Of a DNA stretch of 40,000 nt, positions 9,517 through 19,092 are shown piece by piece. The translations under genes were made by a program, and so were the position numbers. The notes under the pieces were generated by a model. The model was not told the DNA's origin. It was given only the letters and a program-made list of their open reading frames with translations, and did not search any database. This DNA comes from Kolpuevirus sp. 'frurule', in sequence record OQ198718.1; one strand, given 5' to 3'. Positions within the stretch are counted from its first letter, which is position 1, and each line of letters begins with the position of its first letter.

Positions 9517-10797
9517 TTAAATAATATACCTTTCAATCATTTCAATAAACTGATTGATGTATTTTCCTCTATTAGTTAACTTATTAAGTTTCTCAACTAA
9601 ATCATAAGCAACTAATGCAGCTAATACATCATCTTCATACTGCTCAAGAGCTGGGTCTTCAGCATAATAAACCAAGAATTCAACATAACCTTCTGCCCAA
9701 GCATGAAATAGTGAATCATCTTCAAATCTTTGAGCATATGATTCCTCCCCTATTTTAGCTAACTCTTCAAGTGTTTCATTCTCATACACTCCATAAGAAA
9801 TATCTCCAGTTACTAACTGTCTTGCAATTTCTTCAATGATAGTAGGATCAACTTTTACTTCACCATATGGAGGTATTACCTCTTCTTGAGTTTCCTGTTC
9901 AAATGGAAGTTCTTCCTGTACTGAAGGAGTACTCACTGGAGGAACATAAGGCTTATTCTCAGGAATAACATTGCCTCTTCCTACATTAGTCTGATAGTTA
10001 AAGGCTGTATTCTTAGGAGTACTAGGCTTAGCATCTTCCCATTGTTTAGTAGTATTATTATATACTCTAGGAGTATAACCATTATATCCACTACCACCTT
10101 GCCAACTACTTCCATAAACAGGAGTAGCTTTCTTTTTAGCTTCTTCTTTTTGCTTTTGAACTTCCAGAATTCTATCAGCAAGCTCTTTAAAGGGATCAGC
10201 AATCACAGGCCTTTCTACGTCAAGCATGAAATATTCAAGCTTCTTTCTAGTAAAAGAATAACTAACAGGTTGTCCAATTGATTCTTTACCATTATATGTA
10301 GGATACTTAACATAGCCTGTTGCTGTCATTTCTTCAGAAACTACTCTTGTAACAGCTGCTTTGTAAGTACCTTTAGTATCAATAATCAAAGATACAAAGT
10401 GGATTCTATCACTGCCCTCTTCTCTAAGAGTAGATAAGTCTGTTCCACTAAAGAATGCACCCATTGTATGATGTGAATGCATTAATCCTTGATATACATC
10501 TTCTCCCAATAGTTCAGGATGGTCTACCATGTATCCTATTACATCAGGAGATTGATTGAATTCAGTATAACCACTTACACCTATATCCTGTAACAGGAAA
10601 TCAAAGGCAGTGATTACTAAATCTTCAGTTTCAAAACTACCAGATACAGTATAAAATAAAGTACCTGAATATTCTATTGATGGGAACTTGTCTAAGAAAT
10701 ATCTTATCTTTTGTTCAAGTTCTGGAGTGACTATCAACTTATATGAAGTAGACTTTCTTGTCAGTTCCAGTAGTTTGGGTTTCGTTTCTATACTCAT
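9517..10797 (-). CDS. JAB/MPN metallopeptidase (JAMM motif) with long C-terminal region
   Basis: IEYSG...GLMHSHHTMGAFFSGTD: exact HxH-x7-S-x2-D JAMM signature with upstream Glu. Confidence 0.85.
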   Translation of the reverse strand: MSIETKPKLLELTRKSTSYKLIVTPELEQKIRYFLDKFPSIEYSGTLFYTVSGSFETEDLVITAFDFLLQDIGVSGYTEFNQSPDVIGYMVDHPELLGEDVYQGLMHSHHTMGAFFSGTDLSTLREEGSDRIHFVSLIIDTKGTYKAAVTRVVSEEMTATGYVKYPTYNGKESIGQPVSYSFTRKKLEYFMLDVERPVIADPFKELADRILEVQKQKEEAKKKATPVYGSSWQGGSGYNGYTPRVYNNTTKQWEDAKPSTPKNTAFNYQTNVGRGNVIPENKPYVPPVSTPSVQEELPFEQETQEEVIPPYGEVKVDPTIIEEIARQLVTGDISYGVYENETLEELAKIGEESYAQRFEDDSLFHAWAEGYVEFLVYYAEDPALEQYEDDVLAALVAYDLVEKLNKLTNRGKYINQFIEMIERYII

Positions 10798-11905
10798 AAT
10801 TAACTATTTCTAAAATACATTTATAAAAATGTTCTACAATCACTGGAGCTAGGAATGTAGACATATTATCATCATTCGTATCTGTATTACCTTCTCTTAT
10901 TTTAAATAAAACAGGCTCACCTTTAAATATGCAAACTTGCCTACCTACATACTGAAAGTAATTATCAGCTGCACTATATCTGCTGGTATATATCTTATTG
11001 TTATTTAAAACACCTCTATACAATAGACCTTCTAAAAGTAAATCTCTATAGGAAGCAGTTACTTCTCCCTCTTTATACCTTATATTGTACCATTCAATAA
11101 ACTCATTACTTATAAATATAGTCCATTGAATATAGGACATACCTATACCATAACCATTAAGAAAGTCAAATTTTAATTTCTTCTTTCTTAATAACCACAT
11201 CATAAAGTCTTTATATAGATCAGTGTTAAGAGAAGAATAGCTTCTAAGTTGATCATCTCTATACATAGGCCATGTAACAGATTGTACTCTCATACTACTA
11301 CCACCAAGTTCTTCAAGTTTATGGTAAGGTCCTCCTGTCAAGGATTCAACTTGAACATATTTACTTAGTTCAAGACAGAATAATTCCCATCTTAATTCAT
11401 CAAATTCAATACCACCATCATTTAATGTTGCAATAGTACCTCTAATAGGTCCTGAACCTAAACAGGGACTTTGAAATTCTGTTAGTCTGCTAAAGGGAAT
11501 AGAACTAATATGACTATGCATATAACCATTTCTTAATTGAAATAAATCATACTCAGACCTATTCAATCTAAAATCACCACGCATAGTACCTGAATAAGTA
11601 ACTGTAACTTTAGCATAAAGTTCCCATATATCTATATACTTATCATTCTCATTGATAATTCTCACCTCAGGAAACCTAACAAGTATATTTATTCTGGAAA
11701 ATGATGAATCATCTATTGTATTATCAACCATGATGAACTCTTCTGAATGCATCATTTTTGCATTACTGATATAGTCATCTAATGATGGATAATTCTGCAT
11801 ATCTACAACCTCTTCACCAAAGAAGTCCTTGAATATACCATAAATGATATTAGGCTTCTCCATGAATGAGTTGTATAAATTTGTTAATCTTTCTTCTACA
11901 CTCAT
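10739..11905 (-). CDS. Unknown protein in the ubiquitin-like cassette
   Basis: 388 aa ORF between JAMM and beta-grasp-like genes; no motif recognised. Confidence 0.65.
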   Translation of the reverse strand: MSVEERLTNLYNSFMEKPNIIYGIFKDFFGEEVVDMQNYPSLDDYISNAKMMHSEEFIMVDNTIDDSSFSRINILVRFPEVRIINENDKYIDIWELYAKVTVTYSGTMRGDFRLNRSEYDLFQLRNGYMHSHISSIPFSRLTEFQSPCLGSGPIRGTIATLNDGGIEFDELRWELFCLELSKYVQVESLTGGPYHKLEELGGSSMRVQSVTWPMYRDDQLRSYSSLNTDLYKDFMMWLLRKKKLKFDFLNGYGIGMSYIQWTIFISNEFIEWYNIRYKEGEVTASYRDLLLEGLLYRGVLNNNKIYTSRYSAADNYFQYVGRQVCIFKGEPVLFKIREGNTDTNDDNMSTFLAPVIVEHFYKCILEIVNYEYRNETQTTGTDKKVYFI

Positions 11906-11960
11906 TGTATCACTAAAAAAGAAGAGGCTGGTGATTACTCACCAACCTCTGTATTGTTAT

Positions 11961-12746
11961 TTATTTAGCCCAACCACCAAACAAATCATTAATTTCACTG
12001 TTTGAAAGTTTCTCTTCTTTCACAGCTTTAGTTTCAGTTGGTTGTTCCTGTTTCCCAGGCATTCCACCTATACTAAGTTCATCAATAAGATCACTGTAAT
12101 CATCATAGAGATCATCTTCTTCATTAAGTCTTTCAATAAGTTTGCAAAGAACTTCTCTTGCTACTACATCCACACATTCTGTACAAGGTGTAACACCAGC
12201 AATAGGCTCACCTTTAATCACTTCTGTGATAGTAATATCAGGGTTCTCATCTGTTGTTGTTGATACTACTTCTACTCCCTTCTTTGTCTTAGGTGCTTTT
12301 GTAGCTACTTGAGATGCAGGTTTAGATTGTTCTGCAAGAAATGCCAACAAATCAGGAGTTTTACACTGAGTTGCATTCTTACCAAACTTTGCAGTTACTG
12401 CTGCACCTAAACCTTTAGCCTTGATTTCATCAAGAACATTCTTTCTTTCAGGACTCAAAGCACCTGACTTAATCTTCTTATTAGCTGTAGTCAACATGAA
12501 CACCAAGTCATTAGTAGTAGTTGCAGGATTAGTTCCCTTTGCAGGTACAGGCACATTTACAGGGAGAACAGAAGCATCATCTTTCAACTCTGTTCTAGTT
12601 CTACCTTCATAGAATGTCATACCTTCATAGCTAATACCTGCTCTTCTCATGTCTGCTTTCAATGCACCAAGAGTTTCTGCTTCTGACATAATGCTTTTCT
12701 GATTTGAGCTGTTGCTCAGGACAAATAAAATTTTTCTAGCTTCCAT
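11961..12746 (-). CDS. Candidate beta-grasp (ubiquitin-like) protein with C-terminal extension
   Basis: ARKILFVLSNSSNQKSIMSEAETLGALKADMRRAGISYEGMTFYEGRTRTELKDDASVLP...NDLVFMLTTANKKIKSG follows the strand-strand-helix-strand order of ubiquitin; next to E1-like and JAMM genes. Confidence 0.6.
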   Translation of the reverse strand: MEARKILFVLSNSSNQKSIMSEAETLGALKADMRRAGISYEGMTFYEGRTRTELKDDASVLPVNVPVPAKGTNPATTTNDLVFMLTTANKKIKSGALSPERKNVLDEIKAKGLGAAVTAKFGKNATQCKTPDLLAFLAEQSKPASQVATKAPKTKKGVEVVSTTTDENPDITITEVIKGEPIAGVTPCTECVDVVAREVLCKLIERLNEEDDLYDDYSDLIDELSIGGMPGKQEQPTETKAVKEEKLSNSEINDLFGGWAK

Positions 12747-12766
12747 AATGTTTCTTTTTTAATTAA

Positions 12767-13777
12767 TTAAAATGGGATATTACTTTTTATTTCTTCTCCA
12801 TTTATAAGGCTGAAGATTACCTGTTTGAATTGATTTGGGTCTTGTAGTCCTTTATATAAGTCAGATACATCTTTATATCTATAATTAGGTAATACTAAAT
12901 TAGTGAACCCAGTAGACTCTGATAGTTTCCTTGCATCTTCCAAGCCAGCTTCATCATTATCCAGAAGTATATAAATCTCTTTATATCTTCTTTTAAGTTC
13001 ACTAATTGCAGTATCACTCATTGTATAACCTTCTCCTTGTATAGCTATAGCTGGTATTCCAGTATTAGCCCACAAACATAAGGCATCTTTCATTGAAGCA
13101 CAAATAACTAACTTCTCACCAAACTCAGGTATTTTAGTCCAAAGACTAATGACAGACCTATCATGCTTATTGCTCCACTTGAAGGTAGTGCTGAATGGCT
13201 GGTATATCTTAAGAGTAACCTTGCCTTCTTTCCTTTCAACATAAGCATAAGCATATTTATCAGCAACAAAGGTAAATCTATTAGAACCTTTAATGACTAT
13301 TTTATGTGATATAGGATATATATCAGCATACTTTAACCATTTAAGAGATATTCCAAATGATTTCCAATACTCAATATCATGTTGCTTCCAACATCTAACT
13401 CTGCATTGTAAATCAGTCTCCTCATTGTAGTTACTGATTGATTTAGGCTTTTTCATTTTACCTGATTCATGGGTAGTAGTGGCTATATTGGGTAAGTCTT
13501 CCAAGACTCTCTTTAAAACTTCTCTGTAACTCACCCCCCAATACTCACCTAACATATCCCAAAGACCTCCTGAAGTCTTTCTAGCTAAGTCTTTCCAGTA
13601 TATCTTGTTTCCATCTAATGTATAAATGCCAAAGGATGGGTTATTATCTACTCTCAAAGGACTAGATATAACACATGGGATTTCACTAATACCGAAATAA
13701 TGATATAATATATCAGACTCACTGACTTTGCTCAATAAATCTTCAAGAGTTATGTTAAAAGTGCCACTACTAAACAT
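12767..13777 (-). CDS. DnaG-type primase (truncated Zn-binding-like N-terminus plus TOPRIM)
   Basis: SSPLRVDNNPSFGIYTLDGNKIYWKDLA; TOPRIM-like KLVICASMKDALCLW...YILLDNDEAG. Confidence 0.82.
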   Translation of the reverse strand: MFSSGTFNITLEDLLSKVSESDILYHYFGISEIPCVISSPLRVDNNPSFGIYTLDGNKIYWKDLARKTSGGLWDMLGEYWGVSYREVLKRVLEDLPNIATTTHESGKMKKPKSISNYNEETDLQCRVRCWKQHDIEYWKSFGISLKWLKYADIYPISHKIVIKGSNRFTFVADKYAYAYVERKEGKVTLKIYQPFSTTFKWSNKHDRSVISLWTKIPEFGEKLVICASMKDALCLWANTGIPAIAIQGEGYTMSDTAISELKRRYKEIYILLDNDEAGLEDARKLSESTGFTNLVLPNYRYKDVSDLYKGLQDPNQFKQVIFSLINGEEIKSNIPF

Positions 13778-13795
13778 ATAATATTTGATTAAGTG

Positions 13796-14761
13796 TTATT
13801 TATTTGCTGCCCAAGCCCAAGGAGTAGCTGATTCAGCTGTACCTGCATTTGGAGTAGCTGATGCTTCATTGAAGTTAGTTGATTCAACTACATATTCATG
13901 CAAAGGTTCTACACTGAATTCAGTGTTACTATAACCACCTGCATCTATTCTGCTTTGAATCTCTTTATCAAGAGAACTGTAGTCAGTAACAGAATTCTTC
14001 AAGAACTTTTGAGTAAATACAGCTTGATACTGTTTGTTATCATCAGTTGTTCTTACACCAAAGCAAGCCTTTACTACATTCTTAGGTTGGAGCTTCAAGA
14101 TAGATTCCAGTTCACTGTAATCACCTTTGAAATAGTTGTCAATGTTGTCAAGTCTGGCAAGTGCATCATCAAGATTAGCCAAAGTCTTAACAACCTTATC
14201 ACCAGTATTCTTATCTATATAAGAATAAGATGGATTAGGAATGTTAAGATATGCCTTGATGAAGTTGGTCAACTCTTCTTCACCAATATAGGCAGGTCTA
14301 TAATCTTTGTCAAGATTTGCAGGACCACTTGCATATTGAGGAATTGCATGAATTTTAGCCTCTTCAATTGTAGGCCATGCAGTCTGACCATACTTGTCAA
14401 TCACTTGAACCTTGGTAGCATCTCTGTTATATCTGATTGCTTTCTTAATGAAGAAAGTAATTGACTTTCTCATCTCAATGCCATTGCATTTTGCAGGATC
14501 AGATACTACAAGGAAGTCAATTCTTACCTGAGGAACTTTAACCTTGTTACCATCAGGTCCTACTTCAGCTTCACTAATATAGGTTGGCTCCTCTTCTACA
14601 TCAAAGTTGTAGAAATCACTCAGTAATGCCTTGTTAGGATTTACTGCTGCAACAAATACAGGTGCAACACCTATATACAGCTTTCTTACATGTTCTTTAG
14701 ACTCTGAACCACTGGCAAATGCCATAAATACTTTTGCATTATTCTTCTTCATATTCTTCAA
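13796..14761 (-). CDS. Hypothetical replication-region protein, possibly ssDNA-binding
   Basis: 321 aa immediately upstream of the primase gene; position-based guess only. Confidence 0.35.
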   Translation of the reverse strand: MKNMKKNNAKVFMAFASGSESKEHVRKLYIGVAPVFVAAVNPNKALLSDFYNFDVEEEPTYISEAEVGPDGNKVKVPQVRIDFLVVSDPAKCNGIEMRKSITFFIKKAIRYNRDATKVQVIDKYGQTAWPTIEEAKIHAIPQYASGPANLDKDYRPAYIGEEELTNFIKAYLNIPNPSYSYIDKNTGDKVVKTLANLDDALARLDNIDNYFKGDYSELESILKLQPKNVVKACFGVRTTDDNKQYQAVFTQKFLKNSVTDYSSLDKEIQSRIDAGGYSNTEFSVEPLHEYVVESTNFNEASATPNAGTAESATPWAWAANK

Positions 14762-14767
14762 ATGTTT

Positions 14768-15160
14768 TTATGCTTCAAAAGGTAGGGGACTTGACTCATC
14801 TAACTTCAATCCAAAAGGATTAACAGGAGCTTCTTCAGCTCTCAGTACATTGTCTCGTGCCTGCAAAGCTGATACAGATACTCCACACACTGTTTCCTCT
14901 ACAGGAGCTTCAGAAGGACTCTCTACAGATTGACTCATAGCAAGTTCCATTTCACCATTGAGTACTTGTTCTGATGTAAATCCACCAGTTACTTCAATGA
15001 TTGGCTGCTCAAACAAATCAATACTTCTGTTTACAGATTCAAGTTCTGCATCAATTTTAGCCTTTTGTGCTTCTAACTTAGCCTTCTTAGCTCTGAATGT
15101 TTTCACATTAGCCGCAGTTCTTTTAACTGTTGCTAATTCTGTTCTACTTAATTCTTTCAT
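14768..15160 (-). CDS. Hypothetical protein
   Basis: 130 aa, coiled-coil-like N-terminus. Confidence 0.6.
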   Translation of the reverse strand: MKELSRTELATVKRTAANVKTFRAKKAKLEAQKAKIDAELESVNRSIDLFEQPIIEVTGGFTSEQVLNGEMELAMSQSVESPSEAPVEETVCGVSVSALQARDNVLRAEEAPVNPFGLKLDESSPLPFEA

Positions 15161-15171
15161 GTTTCTTTTAA

Positions 15172-15459
15172 TTAATATATTAATAAAATTGGGTTATTTC
15201 CTCTATTAATGGAATTCTGTGATGCATATAAGATATTAATAGTATGCTCTTTCTTCAACATTTCTAGTGTATCAAGAAATATTTCATTTAGTAACACTCT
15301 ATTTATACTAATAATCTGAACAAATTGAATGGACAGTTGAGGAGATTTACCATGCTCAACACAATAGTTAAGTATAACATCTTTCTTTGTAATATCATTA
15401 TAAAAGCCAGGACTATTCTGTATATCCCTTAATAACTTAACTACTTGTTCTCTATCCAT
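15172..15459 (-). CDS. Hypothetical protein
   Basis: 95 aa ORF in operon. Confidence 0.6.
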   Translation of the reverse strand: MDREQVVKLLRDIQNSPGFYNDITKKDVILNYCVEHGKSPQLSIQFVQIISINRVLLNEIFLDTLEMLKKEHTINILYASQNSINRGNNPILLIY

Positions 15460-16211
15460 TATTCTCTGTTATAATGCTTATTAATTAACTTCTTTACATA
15501 CCCTAAATCATTAGGAATATATAATGGACACTCATCCAATGCACCAATAGAATCCTTTGCAGGATATTCACCATCAAAGTCAATCACAAACTGTTTAATT
15601 GCTTTCTTGTTTTGATCATCCCAACCTGCCTTACCATAAAGAATAATATCAAACTTACCTTCTGGTGTAATGTAACCATCCACCATATTACCAGTAGTCT
15701 TGAACTTATAAGAAATGGAATCACCATTCTTATCTTTATACTCTTCATAATGAGCCATAGCAAACAAGTCTTTCTCTCTGGTTGGAATAGCTTCAAATGC
15801 ATTGAAGATAAGTCCCATACCATAACCAATTTGCTTTGGTGTATCCCAGCCACCTTTCATGGCATTCGCCATATAATAATCTTGAGATAAGTAATTGAAA
15901 TCATCAATTACAATATTCTTGAATGGTGATTGAGCTAACATCTCAATAGCTTTTGCAACTGTCTTGAATTTCTCAAGACCTGAGATATTACCAACTTGAA
16001 TTCTGTTACCATTGCCAATAACATTCTTTAAGCTATCTGCACTAGTAACTCCATCAATTAACTTATAATCCAAGTTAGCAAGTTCTCTGTTTGCACATTG
16101 AATGAGAAATGTCTCTGCTGGGTTTAACCCTTCAATACCAAACTTCTTTCTACCACACAATGCAGTAGTTTTACCAAATCCACTTTTCGCAAGAATTAGA
16201 ATTTTAGCCAT
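15459..16211 (-). CDS. AAA-type / RecA-like ATPase (Sak4-like candidate)
   Basis: MAKILILAKSGFGKTTAL Walker A, NIVIDDFNYL Walker B-like. Confidence 0.7.
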   Translation of the reverse strand: MAKILILAKSGFGKTTALCGRKKFGIEGLNPAETFLIQCANRELANLDYKLIDGVTSADSLKNVIGNGNRIQVGNISGLEKFKTVAKAIEMLAQSPFKNIVIDDFNYLSQDYYMANAMKGGWDTPKQIGYGMGLIFNAFEAIPTREKDLFAMAHYEEYKDKNGDSISYKFKTTGNMVDGYITPEGKFDIILYGKAGWDDQNKKAIKQFVIDFDGEYPAKDSIGALDECPLYIPNDLGYVKKLINKHYNRE

Positions 16212-17275
16212 TTAACTTCTCCTTTATTTTTCTTTTAAACCGTGCAAAGATAGATAATCTTTTCCATCTATGCAAATACTTTCTTCTTGAAGACATAAAG
16301 AACACCTTTGAACTTTGTGGTACTCCTCTAATATATTTCAGATAACTATATACCCTTGCAAGACCTTCTGTATCTTTAGGCAAAGGAAGTTCCTGAAAAT
16401 CACATACAGCACCATCAAAGAACAAAGGACATAAACCACCCATTTCACCATCTCTATTAACAAGAACCTCAAGGAATCTAATGTTATCTCTAAACTTTGT
16501 TATGTCATATTCTTTATACTCATTGAGTTCAAACTTGAATGGACTAAACAAACCTAGAAGTATATTACAATCTCTTGCAATATATTTACTATCACCTAAT
16601 CCTTGTGCTGATGGTCTAATCTTCCCACTAACAAAGTTATCATTACTCTCATTCTCAAAGGATTGTTGCTGAATAATTACAGGACTCATACCATAGTTAT
16701 TTCTAAGATACTTTGCCAGATATTCAGATAACTTATCCATTGATTGTTTAAGATTCATTCCTCTTTCAGTGTCAATTAAACCAATATGATCTATAAATGG
16801 AATAATATACTCACCTGGGTCATTAGGAACATAATAATCAAAGGAATCTGTTTCATTAAGTTCTCCTAACTCACCTCTATAAACAGCTTTCTTTGTATGT
16901 ATAACCCCTCTTCCTTCTGCATATCTCTTACATTCTTTATAGATGCCAGTGGGATTAGCAGTAGAGCTAAATATGACATTCTCCTCAAAGAACTTAAACA
17001 TGTCTTTATATTCCTGAGTCTGTAATAGATCAAGTACTTCCTGAGACAGGGGCTTATCATTCTTTGAACTTCTTAAGTCTCTTGGAGACACTCTTATCTT
17101 ACCTTTAGATAGATAATACAGAATATGACTCATAAATCTCTGCATTACTCTTTCAGGAGTCTCTTCAAGTGCAAAGTATAATATCTTTACTCTTACTTTA
17201 TCCCTATTATGATAAGCATATATAAGAGGAGTGTACATAAAGACATGTGAAGCAAATTGAGATTTACCCTTACCA
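16204..17275 (-). CDS. DnaB-type replicative helicase, 3' exon
   Basis: In-frame upstream of the listed ORF start: SGKGKSQFASHVFMYTPLIYAY...KILYFALEETPERVMQR; PVIIQQQSFE...GLGDSKYIARDCNILLGL; exact splice junction is predicted, not determined. Confidence 0.75.
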
Positions 17276-18342
17276 CTATAGTTTTCACTACCAATTATTC
17301 ATTGTTTGTGGTCTGGACTATGTCTTCATCCTATTACTAGTAAATAGGATGCACCTGCATCTAGTCTCTGGGGCTGAATCTATTAGAAGTTCCGCATTTG
17401 CATCTAATAGCCTATGCCTCCTCAAGTTGCCATATCTGTTTCCAGACTTAGGTTTCGAGGATATTCAGGTGTTATAATATAATAAATTACTTTATTACAC
17501 GGCAGTTTGTGATTTAATCATATATTTATATTTAAATTTTCTGTGATGTTGTATTGCGTTACCAACTGATACTGGATGTACTCCAAAATAGGAGGCACAT
17601 TCCTTATATCCACTAAACTCATAATATTCAGTATCATTATAAACAATTACTTTTACTCTGTTAGGTTTAGAAGTATTCTTAATATATTTATTAAGCTTTT
17701 CCTCTTTAGTGTAGGACCATTGATATCCTCCACCCTGATTATATTTACCTATCAGATTATCATATATTTGAGTAGTGTATATATTATTATCCCTAGCTGC
17801 CCTTCTAATTGAAGGATATTCTGCTATAAATACTCCATCTAAACTATACTGGTAAACATGTTTATTATTAGTAATTGGTATTTCACCACTAGCCATTCTA
17901 ATTTTCCTTGTAATAGACTGCTTTATTCTAGTCTCAGGAGTCATAGGTGGCCTGTTAGTTGTTAAATTAATATTATATTCTGGTCTCATAGTATCAATGT
18001 AGTACTGTTCTCTGTTAAGAAGGACTTCTACATCACATTTCTCTACTACATAATAATCAAAGTTATTCTCACCATATTTATTCCAAGCATTCTGTAAGTG
18101 AGGATTCTCATGTTTATTATGTCTTAGCAATGCTCTATGTTTCCACAATCTAGTTCTGATATTATTAGAACTGCCAATATATCTTTTACCATTACAAATG
18201 TTTACTATACAGTAAATTCCAGAAAATTTTAAGTTGTTAGTTATTGCTTTCATATTTATATATTTTCTGCAAATATACAAATATTATTTCATAACTACAA
18301 CACTTTAATTAAAATACTTAGATTATAACACTTTTACCTTTT
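17276..18342 (-). mobile_element. Group I intron (boundaries approximate)
   Basis: P7-like pair on - strand: CAGCCCCAGAGACTAGATGC (about 17356-17375) and GGATGAAGACATAGTCC (about 17304-17320); flanked by two parts of one helicase ORF; contains a GIY-YIG ORF. Confidence 0.8.
17495..18280 (-). CDS. Intron-encoded GIY-YIG homing endonuclease with NUMOD-like C-terminus
   Basis: SGIYCIVNICNGKRYIGSSNNIRTRLWKHRALLRHNKHENPHLQNAWNKYG; HKVYQYSLDGVFIAEYPSIRRAARD; GGGYQW. Confidence 0.92.
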   Translation of the reverse strand: MYICRKYINMKAITNNLKFSGIYCIVNICNGKRYIGSSNNIRTRLWKHRALLRHNKHENPHLQNAWNKYGENNFDYYVVEKCDVEVLLNREQYYIDTMRPEYNINLTTNRPPMTPETRIKQSITRKIRMASGEIPITNNKHVYQYSLDGVFIAEYPSIRRAARDNNIYTTQIYDNLIGKYNQGGGYQWSYTKEEKLNKYIKNTSKPNRVKVIVYNDTEYYEFSGYKECASYFGVHPVSVGNAIQHHRKFKYKYMIKSQTAV

Positions 18343-18497
18343 GTAACAGAAGTCACACAATAGTAAGTTGCTTTTTCTATTCCTATAAAATCATCATCGA
18401 ATCTAGTGAATGGTGAAGGTATGCTATTAATACCACCTTCAAGTAGATTATTTCTTCTTTCTTCAAGACCTTTTAATACTCTTTTATATAATTCCAT
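18343..18497 (-). CDS. DnaB-type helicase, 5' exon
   Basis: Manual translation MELYKRVLKGLEERRNNLLEGGINSIPSPFTRFDDDFIGIEKATYYCVTSVT then intron; joins to GKGKSQF to make a complete Walker A; the ORF (18318..18497) is below the track length cut-off. Confidence 0.75.
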
Positions 18498-18498
18498 A

Positions 18499-19092
18499 CT
18501 ATTTTAATATTGCTGTCCAATCAGAATCTGCCATATCACTGGCTTCATTCTCTATATAAGTAGCTAAATCTGATACCTCACTAACATAGCCTACACCATC
18601 AGAGTCTACCTTTCTTTCATCTTTCCAAATGAAATACTTTAATACTCTCATATAAGCATAGTTACCATTAAAGGATTTAACATACTTATCAGTTGCTTCA
18701 AGAATCTGTTTATCAGTGAATTTGTTTCCATAAAGCTTGAAGAACTTCTTTAATCTTAGTGTAACATCTTTCTTGTTACCTCTAAAATACTGAGAAGTAC
18801 CTTGCTTCTTTTGCTGTGGAAACAATGCCATCATCTTAAGAGCTAAGTCTTCAATCCTATCTTGTGGCTGTCTGTCTTTATCAGAGTCTAACAATACACT
18901 AGATACTCTCTCATCATAGCCCATAGTTACAAGATATTTATTAAACATATCCTTAACTAATGCCTTCTTATCTTCAAGATTAGCAAATAAAGTAGGCACA
19001 TCAGCTCCTGTTTTTACAAGAGCTATTGCCAATACTTCACTCATAGTCAGATTATATTTAGCACAAACATCTTCATCAATTGTAATTGTCAT
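18499..19092 (-). CDS. Hypothetical protein
   Basis: 197 aa, ATGA-type overlap with the upstream helicase. Confidence 0.65.
   Translation of the reverse strand: MTITIDEDVCAKYNLTMSEVLAIALVKTGADVPTLFANLEDKKALVKDMFNKYLVTMGYDERVSSVLLDSDKDRQPQDRIEDLALKMMALFPQQKKQGTSQYFRGNKKDVTLRLKKFFKLYGNKFTDKQILEATDKYVKSFNGNYAYMRVLKYFIWKDERKVDSDGVGYVSEVSDLATYIENEASDMADSDWTAILK

Noticed and set aside
7692-12746. Assignment as a type II CBASS or Bil defence operon
   Set aside because: No CD-NTase, effector, or E1-E2 fusion recognised, and the genes are embedded in a phage replication module; a generic Ubl/PRTRC-like label is safer.
16204-18497. Intein interpretation for the interrupted helicase
   Set aside because: A stop codon follows the 5' exon in frame and the GIY-YIG ORF has its own start; group I intron core motifs are present.
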